Source of the DNA: a candidate division WOR-3 bacterium
GTDB taxonomy: Bacteria > Hydrothermota > Hydrothermia > UBA1063 > CAJXJZ01
Length of the DNA stretch: 64,000 bases
Assembly (NCBI GenBank): GCA_026986775.1
Contig: JALSNX010000028.1
Span: 7,609-71,608, forward strand
Direction: 5' to 3'
Shown: positions 56,654-64,000 of the stretch, one piece after another
How positions within the stretch are numbered: the first letter of the stretch is position 1
Layout of the letters: every line of letters starts with the position of its first letter
Notes under the pieces: model-generated
Databases searched by the model: none
The model's input: only the letters and a program-made list of their open reading frames with translations
Told to the model about the DNA's origin: nothing
Made by a program: the position numbers and the translations under genes

Positions 56654-57772
56654 TTACAACCTCTCGGCTATGGCCTTTGCCACATCAAGGGTTGAGGCAT
56701 CACCACCCATATCATAGGTTCTGACCTTACCCTCTTTTATAACTTCCGCCACAGCATTTTCGAGCCTCTTTGCCATATCAAGTTCACCAAGGTAATCAAG
56801 CATTAGTTTAGTGGCAAGAATCATTGCAATGGGATTAACCTTATATTGACCTGCATATTTCGGCGCTGAACCATGAGTGGGCTCAAAAAGACCAAAATTA
56901 TCACCTATGTTACCCGCTGCTGCAAATCCAAGGCCTCCAATAAGTTGTGACGAAAGGTCGCTTATAATATCTCCAAATAGGTTTTCAGCTACAAGAACAT
57001 CATACTCTGTGGGCTTCTTTACAAGCCACATGGCCATTGCATCAACATTCGCCTCTTCATACTCAATATCAGGATACTCCTTTGCTATTTCCCTTGCTAT
57101 CCTTACTGTAAGTCCACCTGTTTCACGCAACACATTGGGTTTTTCAACGAGTGTGACCTTCTTTCTTCCGTGTTTTTTTGCATACTCAAAGGCAGCCTTT
57201 ATTATTCTATACATGCCCTTCTTTGTTGTAATCCTTGTGGACACTGCTATTTCGTCTGCCGGGATATCTTTAAACCTTTCCATATTCTTATTGTGTTTCA
57301 AAAATGCCTCCCTTACCTCATCGGGAAGCGGATAGAACTCCACACCAGCATACATGCCTTCTGTGTTTTCCCTGAAAATCACAAGGTCAATACCCTCTTT
57401 TATTACAAGGGGATTGCCCTCATAGGCCTTTGCAGGCCTTAAGTTTATGTAAAGGTCAAATAGTTGTCTTAATTTAACGATGGGAGAGAAATATACATAG
57501 CCCTTTCCCTGAAGTTCAGGCGAAAGTTCCTTTTGTGCATCGTCTTTGGGCTTTGATGTTATCGCACCAAAAAGGCACGCATCGGATTTTTTGAGTAGTT
57601 CAACCGTTCTGTCGGGCAGGGGATTTCCCTCTTTCTTCCAGAACTCCCATCCGACATCTCCGTAAGTATATTCTGCATCAAGATTTAATTTATCAAGGAC
57701 AATCATTGCAGCATCCATCACATCCTTTCCAATGCCATCTCCGGGCAAAACTGCAATCCTGTATTTTGCCAT
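56654..57772 (-). CDS. leuB: 3-isopropylmalate dehydrogenase family (LeuB / homoisocitrate / isocitrate DH-like)
   Basis: 372 aa. MAKYRIAVLPGDGIGKDVMDAA N-terminus, NLFGDIISDLSSQLIGGLG NAD/substrate motif. Confidence 0.8.
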   Translation of the reverse strand: MAKYRIAVLPGDGIGKDVMDAAMIVLDKLNLDAEYTYGDVGWEFWKKEGNPLPDRTVELLKKSDACLFGAITSKPKDDAQKELSPELQGKGYVYFSPIVKLRQLFDLYINLRPAKAYEGNPLVIKEGIDLVIFRENTEGMYAGVEFYPLPDEVREAFLKHNKNMERFKDIPADEIAVSTRITTKKGMYRIIKAAFEYAKKHGRKKVTLVEKPNVLRETGGLTVRIAREIAKEYPDIEYEEANVDAMAMWLVKKPTEYDVLVAENLFGDIISDLSSQLIGGLGFAAAGNIGDNFGLFEPTHGSAPKYAGQYKVNPIAMILATKLMLDYLGELDMAKRLENAVAEVIKEGKVRTYDMGGDASTLDVAKAIAERL

Positions 57773-57773
57773 T

Positions 57774-58283
57774 TTATGCCTCCCTTTTAATTTTTTCCTT
57801 TACATAGTTTATGAGTCCGCCTGCTTCAACTATTTTTAAAACCTCTTCGGGTAAAGGCGGAAATGTAAATGTCTTTCCTCTCACCCTTATCTCGTTTTTT
57901 TCTGTATCTATCTCCACCTCGTCATTATCTTCTATAAAATCTGCCGCTTCCTTTTGCTCAATAACGAGAAGACCATTGTTTATGGCATTTCTAAAATAAA
58001 TCCTTGCAAAGGATTTTGCTATGACCGCCTTTATACCCGCATATACAAGGCTCGTTACAGCCTGTTCACGGGAAGACCCCATACCAAAGTTTCTACCTGC
58101 AACAATGATTTTCCTCTCTTTCACCTTATTCTGAAATTCTGGGTCAATGTCTTCCATGGCGTGCTTCGCCATCTCATCAGGTTCCATAATTGCGTAGGTG
58201 TATCTTCCCGGAAATATTACATCTGTATTAACTCCATCACCGTATTTTATAACCCTGCTCTTTATTATTTTCTCCATATACAA
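57774..58283 (-). CDS. Second LeuD-type dehydratase small subunit paralog
   Basis: 169 aa. VIKYGDGVNTDVIFPGRY...IIVAGRNFGMGSSREQA. Confidence 0.85.
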   Translation of the reverse strand: MYMEKIIKSRVIKYGDGVNTDVIFPGRYTYAIMEPDEMAKHAMEDIDPEFQNKVKERKIIVAGRNFGMGSSREQAVTSLVYAGIKAVIAKSFARIYFRNAINNGLLVIEQKEAADFIEDNDEVEIDTEKNEIRVRGKTFTFPPLPEEVLKIVEAGGLINYVKEKIKREA

Positions 58284-58330
58284 ACTCCTTTTTTGACAGA
58301 TTAAGTATAAAGTTTCTACTGTGAACCCGC

Positions 58331-58999
58331 TTATACATCATTTTTTTCCATATTTTTGACACATATTTTTGGACAATAATCCCTTAGGGGACATATGTCA
58401 CACTTTGGTCTTATTGGTCTGCAAATGGTCTGGCCAAGGGATACAAGCATATCGTTGTATTCTATCCACCATTTTTTGGGCAAAATCTTTCTGAGTTCCA
58501 TCTCTGTTTCAAACGGCGTCTTTGTCTTCACAATACCAAGTCTATTGGAAATTCTATGTACGTGAGTATCAACGCATATGCCTAATTTTCCATATCCCAG
58601 TGTTATTACAAGGTTTGCTGTTTTCCTGCCAACACCGGGAAGTTTTAAGAGTTCGTCAAGGTCATCTGGAACTCTGCCGTTGTATTCTTTTAACAAAATC
58701 TCCGAAATTTTCTTTATGTTCTTTGCCTTTGTCCTGTAAAATCCCACGGGATAAATGAGTTTCTCTATTTCTTTTTCTGATAACCTTACCATTTTCTGTG
58801 GTGTGTCCGCCACCTTAAAGAGCCTTTCTGCTGCCTTATGCGTTGTTTTATCCTGTGTCCTCAGGCTCAAAACAGTTGATATTAATATTTTATACGGGTC
58901 ATTTGTGCGCTCTTTGATGAGCGTTACAACGGGGGCATTCCATTTTTTGTATTCTCTTTGAAGTATACTGAGAACCTTTTCAAGTGTATCTAAATCCAT
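58331..58999 (-). CDS. nth: Endonuclease III (HhH-GPD DNA glycosylase with a 4Fe-4S cluster)
   Basis: 222 aa. [14 protein letters not shown] HhH motif, catalytic VDTHV, C-terminal [17 protein letters not shown]. Confidence 0.9.
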   Translation of the reverse strand: MDLDTLEKVLSILQREYKKWNAPVVTLIKERTNDPYKILISTVLSLRTQDKTTHKAAERLFKVADTPQKMVRLSEKEIEKLIYPVGFYRTKAKNIKKISEILLKEYNGRVPDDLDELLKLPGVGRKTANLVITLGYGKLGICVDTHVHRISNRLGIVKTKTPFETEMELRKILPKKWWIEYNDMLVSLGQTICRPIRPKCDICPLRDYCPKICVKNMEKNDV

Positions 59000-60609
59000 T
59001 AACCTTCTCTTGATGCAGGAATCTTCAAAATCTGGCCTGGCTTTATCCTTGTTGTCACAAGGTTGTTGACCCTTTTAAGTGCTCTTACAGATACTCCAAC
59101 CTTTCTGGCTATTTTCCAGAGAGTATCCCCCCTTTTTACCCTGTAAAACATACCATTCGCCCTTTTACGGCCTTTCCTTTTTGCATATTTCTGTGATTTC
59201 GTTCCATGCGGAACTTTTAAAACCTGTCCCATCTTTATCCTTGAAGTTCTAAGACCATTCAATCTCTTGAGAGTTCTTACAGTAGTATTGTACTGTTTTG
59301 CTATACTCCAGAGAGTTTCCCCTTCTCTTACAACATGATATCCTTTACCTCTTTTAACTTTATCAGAAGACTTTCTTGCATACCTCGCCCTGGTTCCGGA
59401 ACCTACAGGTATTACAAGTATCTGTCCTGGCCTTAAGTACCTTGCATTTCTGATACGATTTGCTTTTTTCAGGGCATAAACGCTCACTCCATACTTCCTT
59501 GCTATCTTCCACAGACTCTCACCGCGTCTTACCCTGTGAGCAAGCGCTCTATACCACTTCTTTCTGGGTGTCCTCTTCATTCTCGCATAGAATACTTTTT
59601 TCCGCCCTTTTGGAACCCTTACAGCAAAGTTCTTGAGATATGGAGGAGTCGCCCATCTTATAAAAGATGGATTAAGTTTTTTAAATTCCCTCACTGATAT
59701 ACCGGCCCACTTTGCAAGCAATGAAATATTCACCTGTCTTGGAACATAAACTGTGTCAAATAAAGGAGCATATTTCTCGTCTGGCATAACAATATTTGTA
59801 TTAAATTTCTCGGGATTGTTTATTACGAGAGCAAGAGCCAGAAATTTGGGGACATATTCCCGGGTTTCCCTTCTAAGATACCTCTTAAGGTCAAAAAAGT
59901 CATCACCGCCAGAACGTCTTAGAGCACGAAGAACTCTACCCTCTCCTGCGTTATACGCTGCAAGTGCAAGGTCCCAGCTTCCAAACATACTGTAAAGGTC
60001 TTTAAGGTACCTGATGGCTGCGTCAGTTGACTTATAAGGGTCAAGACGCTCATCTATCCACCAGTCAACACGCAGGCCATATTTCCTTGCCGTACTCCTC
60101 ATAAACTGCCATATGCCCCTTGCTCTCATTCTTGAAAGTGCATTGTGCCTGAAAGCACTTTCAATAATTGGCAAATAGGCAATTGCCTCGGGCATACCCT
60201 CCTCTCTCAACCTCCTCTTGATATAAGGAAGATAGGGCGCCCCCCTTTTGAGTCTCGCGTTTATTTTCACATTGGCATGTCTTGCAAAATAAAGAGCCCA
60301 TTTCATTACCTCTCTTCGGGTATATGCATCTTCAGGTAAACCAAGTTCCAGAAGTTCCTTTTTATACTGTTCCCTTACATGTTCGTAAACAGAATCCACA
60401 TACTGAGTTGCAAATTCTTCTTTTACGGCATCGTAGCTTTCAAAAAGCCCATCGTAGAGGTCTTCTATATAAAATTCCGGAGCCTGTGGCTTTTTTAGCG
60501 GTTTTACTGCATAGTATAAGTTTTTAGGAGATGTGTATATGGCACATGAATTTATGAGCAGGAAGACGCTAAACAGCAGGATGCGAATATAATTTTTAGA
60601 ATTCTTCAT
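58999..60609 (-). CDS. Membrane-bound lytic murein transglycosylase D-like (SLT domain plus four LysM repeats)
   Basis: 536 aa. Signal/lipo N-terminus. [24 protein letters not shown] catalytic motif. Four LysM units ([42 protein letters not shown], etc.). Confidence 0.85.
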   Translation of the reverse strand: MKNSKNYIRILLFSVFLLINSCAIYTSPKNLYYAVKPLKKPQAPEFYIEDLYDGLFESYDAVKEEFATQYVDSVYEHVREQYKKELLELGLPEDAYTRREVMKWALYFARHANVKINARLKRGAPYLPYIKRRLREEGMPEAIAYLPIIESAFRHNALSRMRARGIWQFMRSTARKYGLRVDWWIDERLDPYKSTDAAIRYLKDLYSMFGSWDLALAAYNAGEGRVLRALRRSGGDDFFDLKRYLRRETREYVPKFLALALVINNPEKFNTNIVMPDEKYAPLFDTVYVPRQVNISLLAKWAGISVREFKKLNPSFIRWATPPYLKNFAVRVPKGRKKVFYARMKRTPRKKWYRALAHRVRRGESLWKIARKYGVSVYALKKANRIRNARYLRPGQILVIPVGSGTRARYARKSSDKVKRGKGYHVVREGETLWSIAKQYNTTVRTLKRLNGLRTSRIKMGQVLKVPHGTKSQKYAKRKGRKRANGMFYRVKRGDTLWKIARKVGVSVRALKRVNNLVTTRIKPGQILKIPASREG

Positions 60610-60612
60610 TGA

Positions 60613-61095
60613 TTAAAACTTATAGCCTATCTTTCTCAGAAACTCTTTTCTCTTTTCTGTATCCTCCTTACCTTCAACACCAAGGGGCATCTGGCCATCA
60701 ACTACACCTAAAACTGCTCTGCCCAATTCTGTTTCAGCCACTATTACCTCCATGGGATTTGCAGATGCAGCAAAGATCCTTACAACTTCATCTACATCCT
60801 TTATTTTACGGAGCACGTTAATGGGATAGGCATTCTCAAGAATTATGACAAATAGATGTCCTGCTCCGATATTCTTCGCATTTTCTATTGCAAGAGTTTC
60901 AAGTTTCTCATCTGTTCCAGAATGCCTTACAAGCCTCGGACCTGATGCTTCACAGAAGGCAAGACCAAACTTTATACCCGGCACTGTGGTTACAAGTGCC
61001 TCATGAATATCCTCCACGGTCTTTATAAAATGGCTTTGACCTATAATTACATTATGTTCGGGTTCCTTTTTTACTTCAATGACCTTTATTTCCAT
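60613..61095 (-). CDS. Conserved cytoplasmic hypothetical protein
   Basis: 160 aa. No TM segments. Conserved-looking segments GIKFGLAFCEASGPRLVRHSGTD and GAGHLFVIILENAYPINVL. Function not assignable from sequence alone. Confidence 0.5.
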   Translation of the reverse strand: MEIKVIEVKKEPEHNVIIGQSHFIKTVEDIHEALVTTVPGIKFGLAFCEASGPRLVRHSGTDEKLETLAIENAKNIGAGHLFVIILENAYPINVLRKIKDVDEVVRIFAASANPMEVIVAETELGRAVLGVVDGQMPLGVEGKEDTEKRKEFLRKIGYKF

Positions 61096-61155
61096 CCCAA
61101 ACCTCCCTTTTATATCATTATAAAGTTTCCATTATTTTGACCGTTCGGTCAAGCA

Positions 61156-62043
61156 TTACACCCGCTTTTGCTTATCAGTCAACGACGTATGGAGTTGAGA
61201 TACTATCATCCCGACAACCATAAGGACCCCACCAGTAATTTCACGCCCTGTAAACCGCTCAGATAGCATAACATAACCAGCCAGAGCAGCAAAAACACTT
61301 TCAAGACTTAAAATAATTGCGGCATGGGAGTGATGTGTAAACTTCTGGGCCACAACCTGTAGAGTGTATGCCACACCAGAGGAAAGAACGCCTGCATAAA
61401 GCACATATACCATGGCGTTTTTTATATTTGAAAGTCCTGTATGTTCAAACACAAAGACAAGTGGAAGACTTAAAAGAGATGTGGTAAGAAATTGAATAAG
61501 AGACAGGCTGAATGGGTCTCCATGGGTGGTATAACTGTCTATAAGAAGAACGTGGACTGTCCAGCAAAGGGAGCCAAGAAACACTAAAAAATCACCTTTT
61601 TCCATATTGAAGTCGGCTTTTATGGAAAGTAAATACAATCCCACAAGTGCCAGCAAAGCACCTGCAAAATGCCCTGCCACAGATTTTTTACCGACAAACA
61701 TACCTGCAATGGGCACGAAAACAACATAGAGACCCGTAATAAACCCCGCCTTTCCTGCGGTCGTGTATACAAGCCCCCACTGCTGGAAGGTTATGGCAGT
61801 AAACAGCGCAAGCCCCATAAAAAAGCCGCCTGTTATATGAGCTTTGTTAAAAACAAATCCATCTTTTCTATAAAACACCCCCTTAAACAGAAGCACAACA
61901 AAGGCTCCCATTAAAAACCTCAGTGCATTGAATGCAAACGGCCCTATATAATTCATCCCAATACGCTGGGCTACGAATGTGGTACCCCATATAAAGGCCG
62001 CAAGAAGCATCATAAGATCACCATGGGTACTTCTGGATTTCAT
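61156..62043 (-). CDS. EamA/DMT-superfamily transporter
   Basis: 295 aa. Ten hydrophobic helices in two EamA repeats (MLLAAFIWGTTFVAQRIG...). Confidence 0.8.
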   Translation of the reverse strand: MKSRSTHGDLMMLLAAFIWGTTFVAQRIGMNYIGPFAFNALRFLMGAFVVLLFKGVFYRKDGFVFNKAHITGGFFMGLALFTAITFQQWGLVYTTAGKAGFITGLYVVFVPIAGMFVGKKSVAGHFAGALLALVGLYLLSIKADFNMEKGDFLVFLGSLCWTVHVLLIDSYTTHGDPFSLSLIQFLTTSLLSLPLVFVFEHTGLSNIKNAMVYVLYAGVLSSGVAYTLQVVAQKFTHHSHAAIILSLESVFAALAGYVMLSERFTGREITGGVLMVVGMIVSQLHTSLTDKQKRV

Positions 62044-63306
62044 TTAAATGGGTTCTCCTACTGGCGTTGCACCTATAACATCCACAATTTTGACTTCAAG
62101 AATTTCACCTTCAGGGATATTTTTATTGACAACAACGGTTATATTACCCCTTGTCTTTCCCCTTGAAAGGTCAGGATTCTTTTTAGAATGCCCGTCAATC
62201 ATAATTTCGTATGTCCTGCCAATCATCTTTTTTCTTTTTTCTGTCACTATCCTCTGAACGGTATCAACCAGCAATCTGTGTCTTTTTACTGCTATATCCC
62301 TTGGAATCTGAGTTTTATATCTATAATAAGCAGAAGACGGCTTCCTTGGAGAATAGATAAACATATATGCATAGTCAAACTGAACTTCTTTTACTATTCT
62401 CAGCGTATCCTCAAAATCTTCTTCTGTCTCTGTGGGATATGCAACCATGATATCTGTTGAAATTACTATATCAGGCACCATTTTCCTTGCCGTATTAACA
62501 ATGTATAAATACTCTTCAGTGGTATATCCTCGCCGCATTTCCTTTAAAAGCCGCGTGGACCCGGTTTGCAGAGGAAGATGTAACCACGGCATAATATTTT
62601 CATAACGGGCCATAACATCAAATACAGCGGGCGATATATCCCGGGGGTGCGAAGTGGTAAATCTTATCCTCCTTACACCCAGACGTGCCACTTTATCAAG
62701 CAGGTCTTTAAAATCAACCCCTTCATGAAAATAGGAATTTACATTCTGTCCTATTAGCGTTATCTCAATGGTTCCCCTTTTTGTAAGGTTCTCTACTTCC
62801 TCCAGAATATCTTTTGCAGAGCGGGACTTTTCCCTACCCCTTGTAAATGGCACAACACAGTAAGAACAGAAGTTGTCACATCCTGTCATTATAGTAACAT
62901 ACTCCGAGAAAGATACTTCCATTCTATCTTTTGCATACCTGTAGAATCTATCCCTGTGCTTTGAATAATCCGTGAATGCACCATGTTTTCCAATAAGGGT
63001 TCCAATATCATCGTAATCCATGGGACCTATTACAAGGTCACTGAATGCTAAAAGTGCATCTTTATCCTTCTGTGCAAGGCATCCCGCCGCTATAACAAAC
63101 TTTCCTCTGTGCTTATAGTATTTCAAAAGTTCTATCTCTTTATTCTCAGGCTTCTCTCTGACAACACAACCATTTATTATCACTATATCTGCTTTTTCAG
63201 GTGAATCAGTTAACAAAAAACCCTCCTTCTGCAACATATTCCTGATTATAAGGGAATCATATTCATTCATCTGGCAACCAAAGGTTATAATATGGAAAGT
63301 CTTCAT
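62044..63306 (-). CDS. MiaB/MtaB-family radical-SAM tRNA methylthiotransferase
   Basis: 420 aa. N-terminal MTTase domain FHIITFGCQMNEYDS, radical SAM CDNFCSYCVVP, C-terminal TRAM domain. Confidence 0.85.
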   Translation of the reverse strand: MKTFHIITFGCQMNEYDSLIIRNMLQKEGFLLTDSPEKADIVIINGCVVREKPENKEIELLKYYKHRGKFVIAAGCLAQKDKDALLAFSDLVIGPMDYDDIGTLIGKHGAFTDYSKHRDRFYRYAKDRMEVSFSEYVTIMTGCDNFCSYCVVPFTRGREKSRSAKDILEEVENLTKRGTIEITLIGQNVNSYFHEGVDFKDLLDKVARLGVRRIRFTTSHPRDISPAVFDVMARYENIMPWLHLPLQTGSTRLLKEMRRGYTTEEYLYIVNTARKMVPDIVISTDIMVAYPTETEEDFEDTLRIVKEVQFDYAYMFIYSPRKPSSAYYRYKTQIPRDIAVKRHRLLVDTVQRIVTEKRKKMIGRTYEIMIDGHSKKNPDLSRGKTRGNITVVVNKNIPEGEILEVKIVDVIGATPVGEPI

Positions 63307-63314
63307 TTAAAAAA

Positions 63315-64000
63315 TTACAGGCTATAAAGGGGTATACTGGTGTTTATCTGCAAAGCTTTTATTATTTCTTTAGCCTGCCTCATTGCTTTTTCAGCCCCTT
63401 TAAGGTCTCCTTTACTCTTCAATGCTTTCGCATAATCCCTTAAAAACATTGCTTTAATCTTTGAATTTTCAGGCAGAACCCGAAGGACACGGTTATAAAC
63501 CCTTTTTACATGCTTTTTATCTCCTGATACAGCCTCAACCAGCACTCTCAATTTGTAGTACACGGTATAAAATGGTATGATTTCTGTTATCTCACCATCA
63601 ATATTTTCAAGCTGTTCCATCTCCTTTACTATGGTCTTAAATCTATTTAGATTTCTGAGTTTTATAAAGTGAACCATCATCTTCAGGACTTCAAACCTCT
63701 TATCCTTATACTGTGATTTTACATCTATTTTCTTTTTAGGCATGAGGTAATTAATATAGAAATAATCTCTCAATATCCTGGCATACTCTTCAAGTTCAGG
63801 TGCCTCCTCCATGGCAATGGTTACAATACGCTCTACGAAACGCTGACCCTCTTCCACATCAACATTTTCCGCATTAATCAGGGCAAGTCCAAACATGGAA
63901 TTTATTATCGTGAAATGGTCCCTGATTATTTTTGCATATTGCCATGTACTCTTGAAGTAAAGCTCTGCCTTGGCATGGTCTCCAAGAAGGTAAGCAATCC
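63315..64000 (-). CDS. Hypothetical helical-repeat (TPR-like) protein; the 5' end lies beyond the window
   Basis: The ORF stays open upstream of the listed Met (…IAYLLGDHAKAELYFKSTWQYAKIIRDHFTIINSMFGLALINAENVD…) with no stop codon up to position 64000. Confidence 0.5.
   Translation of the reverse strand, partial: IAYLLGDHAKAELYFKSTWQYAKIIRDHFTIINSMFGLALINAENVDVEEGQRFVERIVTIAMEEAPELEEYARILRDYFYINYLMPKKKIDVKSQYKDKRFEVLKMMVHFIKLRNLNRFKTIVKEMEQLENIDGEITEIIPFYTVYYKLRVLVEAVSGDKKHVKRVYNRVLRVLPENSKIKAMFLRDYAKALKSKGDLKGAEKAMRQAKEIIKALQINTSIPLYSL

Noticed and set aside
61096-61155. A small hairpin (TGACCG-aa-CGGTCA) after the eamA-like gene, considered as a terminator.
   Set aside because: The loop is too short and there is no T-run after it. 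This is weak evidence, so it is not reported as a feature.
1-64000. A search for CRISPR arrays, tRNA/rRNA genes, transposases, integrases and prophage or defence islands.
   Set aside because: Every intergenic gap is 200 bp or shorter and holds promoters or terminators. I saw no regular repeat-spacer periodicity, no tRNA-like cloverleaf segments, and no ORF with transposase, integrase or known defence-system motifs.

Overview
The window is a 64 kb stretch of bacterial chromosome, roughly 40% GC, that is densely coding. About 50 genes lie on the minus strand; only one clear gene is on the plus strand (31916..33706).

Recognisable housekeeping genes include a partial holB, uvrA, fhs, topA, clpC, bamA, ftsK, era, nth, miaB-family, an mltD-like lytic transglycosylase and a leuD-leuC-leuB-leuD block. 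They are mixed with genes typical of an anaerobic, probably thermophilic organism that has type IX secretion (T9SS).

The main gene sets are:

- Oxygen, formate and iron handling: a flavodiiron protein, formate-THF ligase, and a ferritin-like/VIT1 fusion.
- Polyamine biosynthesis: a complete operon with SAM decarboxylase, two aminopropyltransferase paralogs, pyruvoyl arginine decarboxylase and an agmatinase-family enzyme. It sits behind a textbook sigma-70 promoter and a candidate Cys-rich 19-aa leader ORF.
- Type IV pilin with a near-consensus sigma-54 -24/-12 promoter, next to an ABC-2 transporter, a TPR protein and a large polytopic membrane protein.
- Alpha-glucan and compatible-solute genes: two GH57 enzymes, a GalT-like HIT enzyme, a bifunctional sugar-1-P nucleotidyltransferase/phosphomutase and an MpgS-like GT55 protein.
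- c-di-GMP signalling: an HD-GYP-GAF-GGDEF protein plus a CheY-like receiver.
- A Dak2(FakA-like)-DegV(FakB-like) single-chain fusion that appears to be leaderless.
- T9SS elements: a FadL/PorV-like outer-membrane barrel, and a 972-aa gingipain-type C25 peptidase carrying a T9SS C-terminal sorting domain.

The most unusual item is a separate secreted 212-aa ORF immediately downstream of the C25 peptidase. It is homologous to the gingipain N-terminal propeptide, and the peptidase gene itself lacks that propeptide. This may be a naturally split protease/pro-domain (inhibitor-chaperone) pair.

I saw no rRNA, tRNA, CRISPR array, transposase or integrase in this window.
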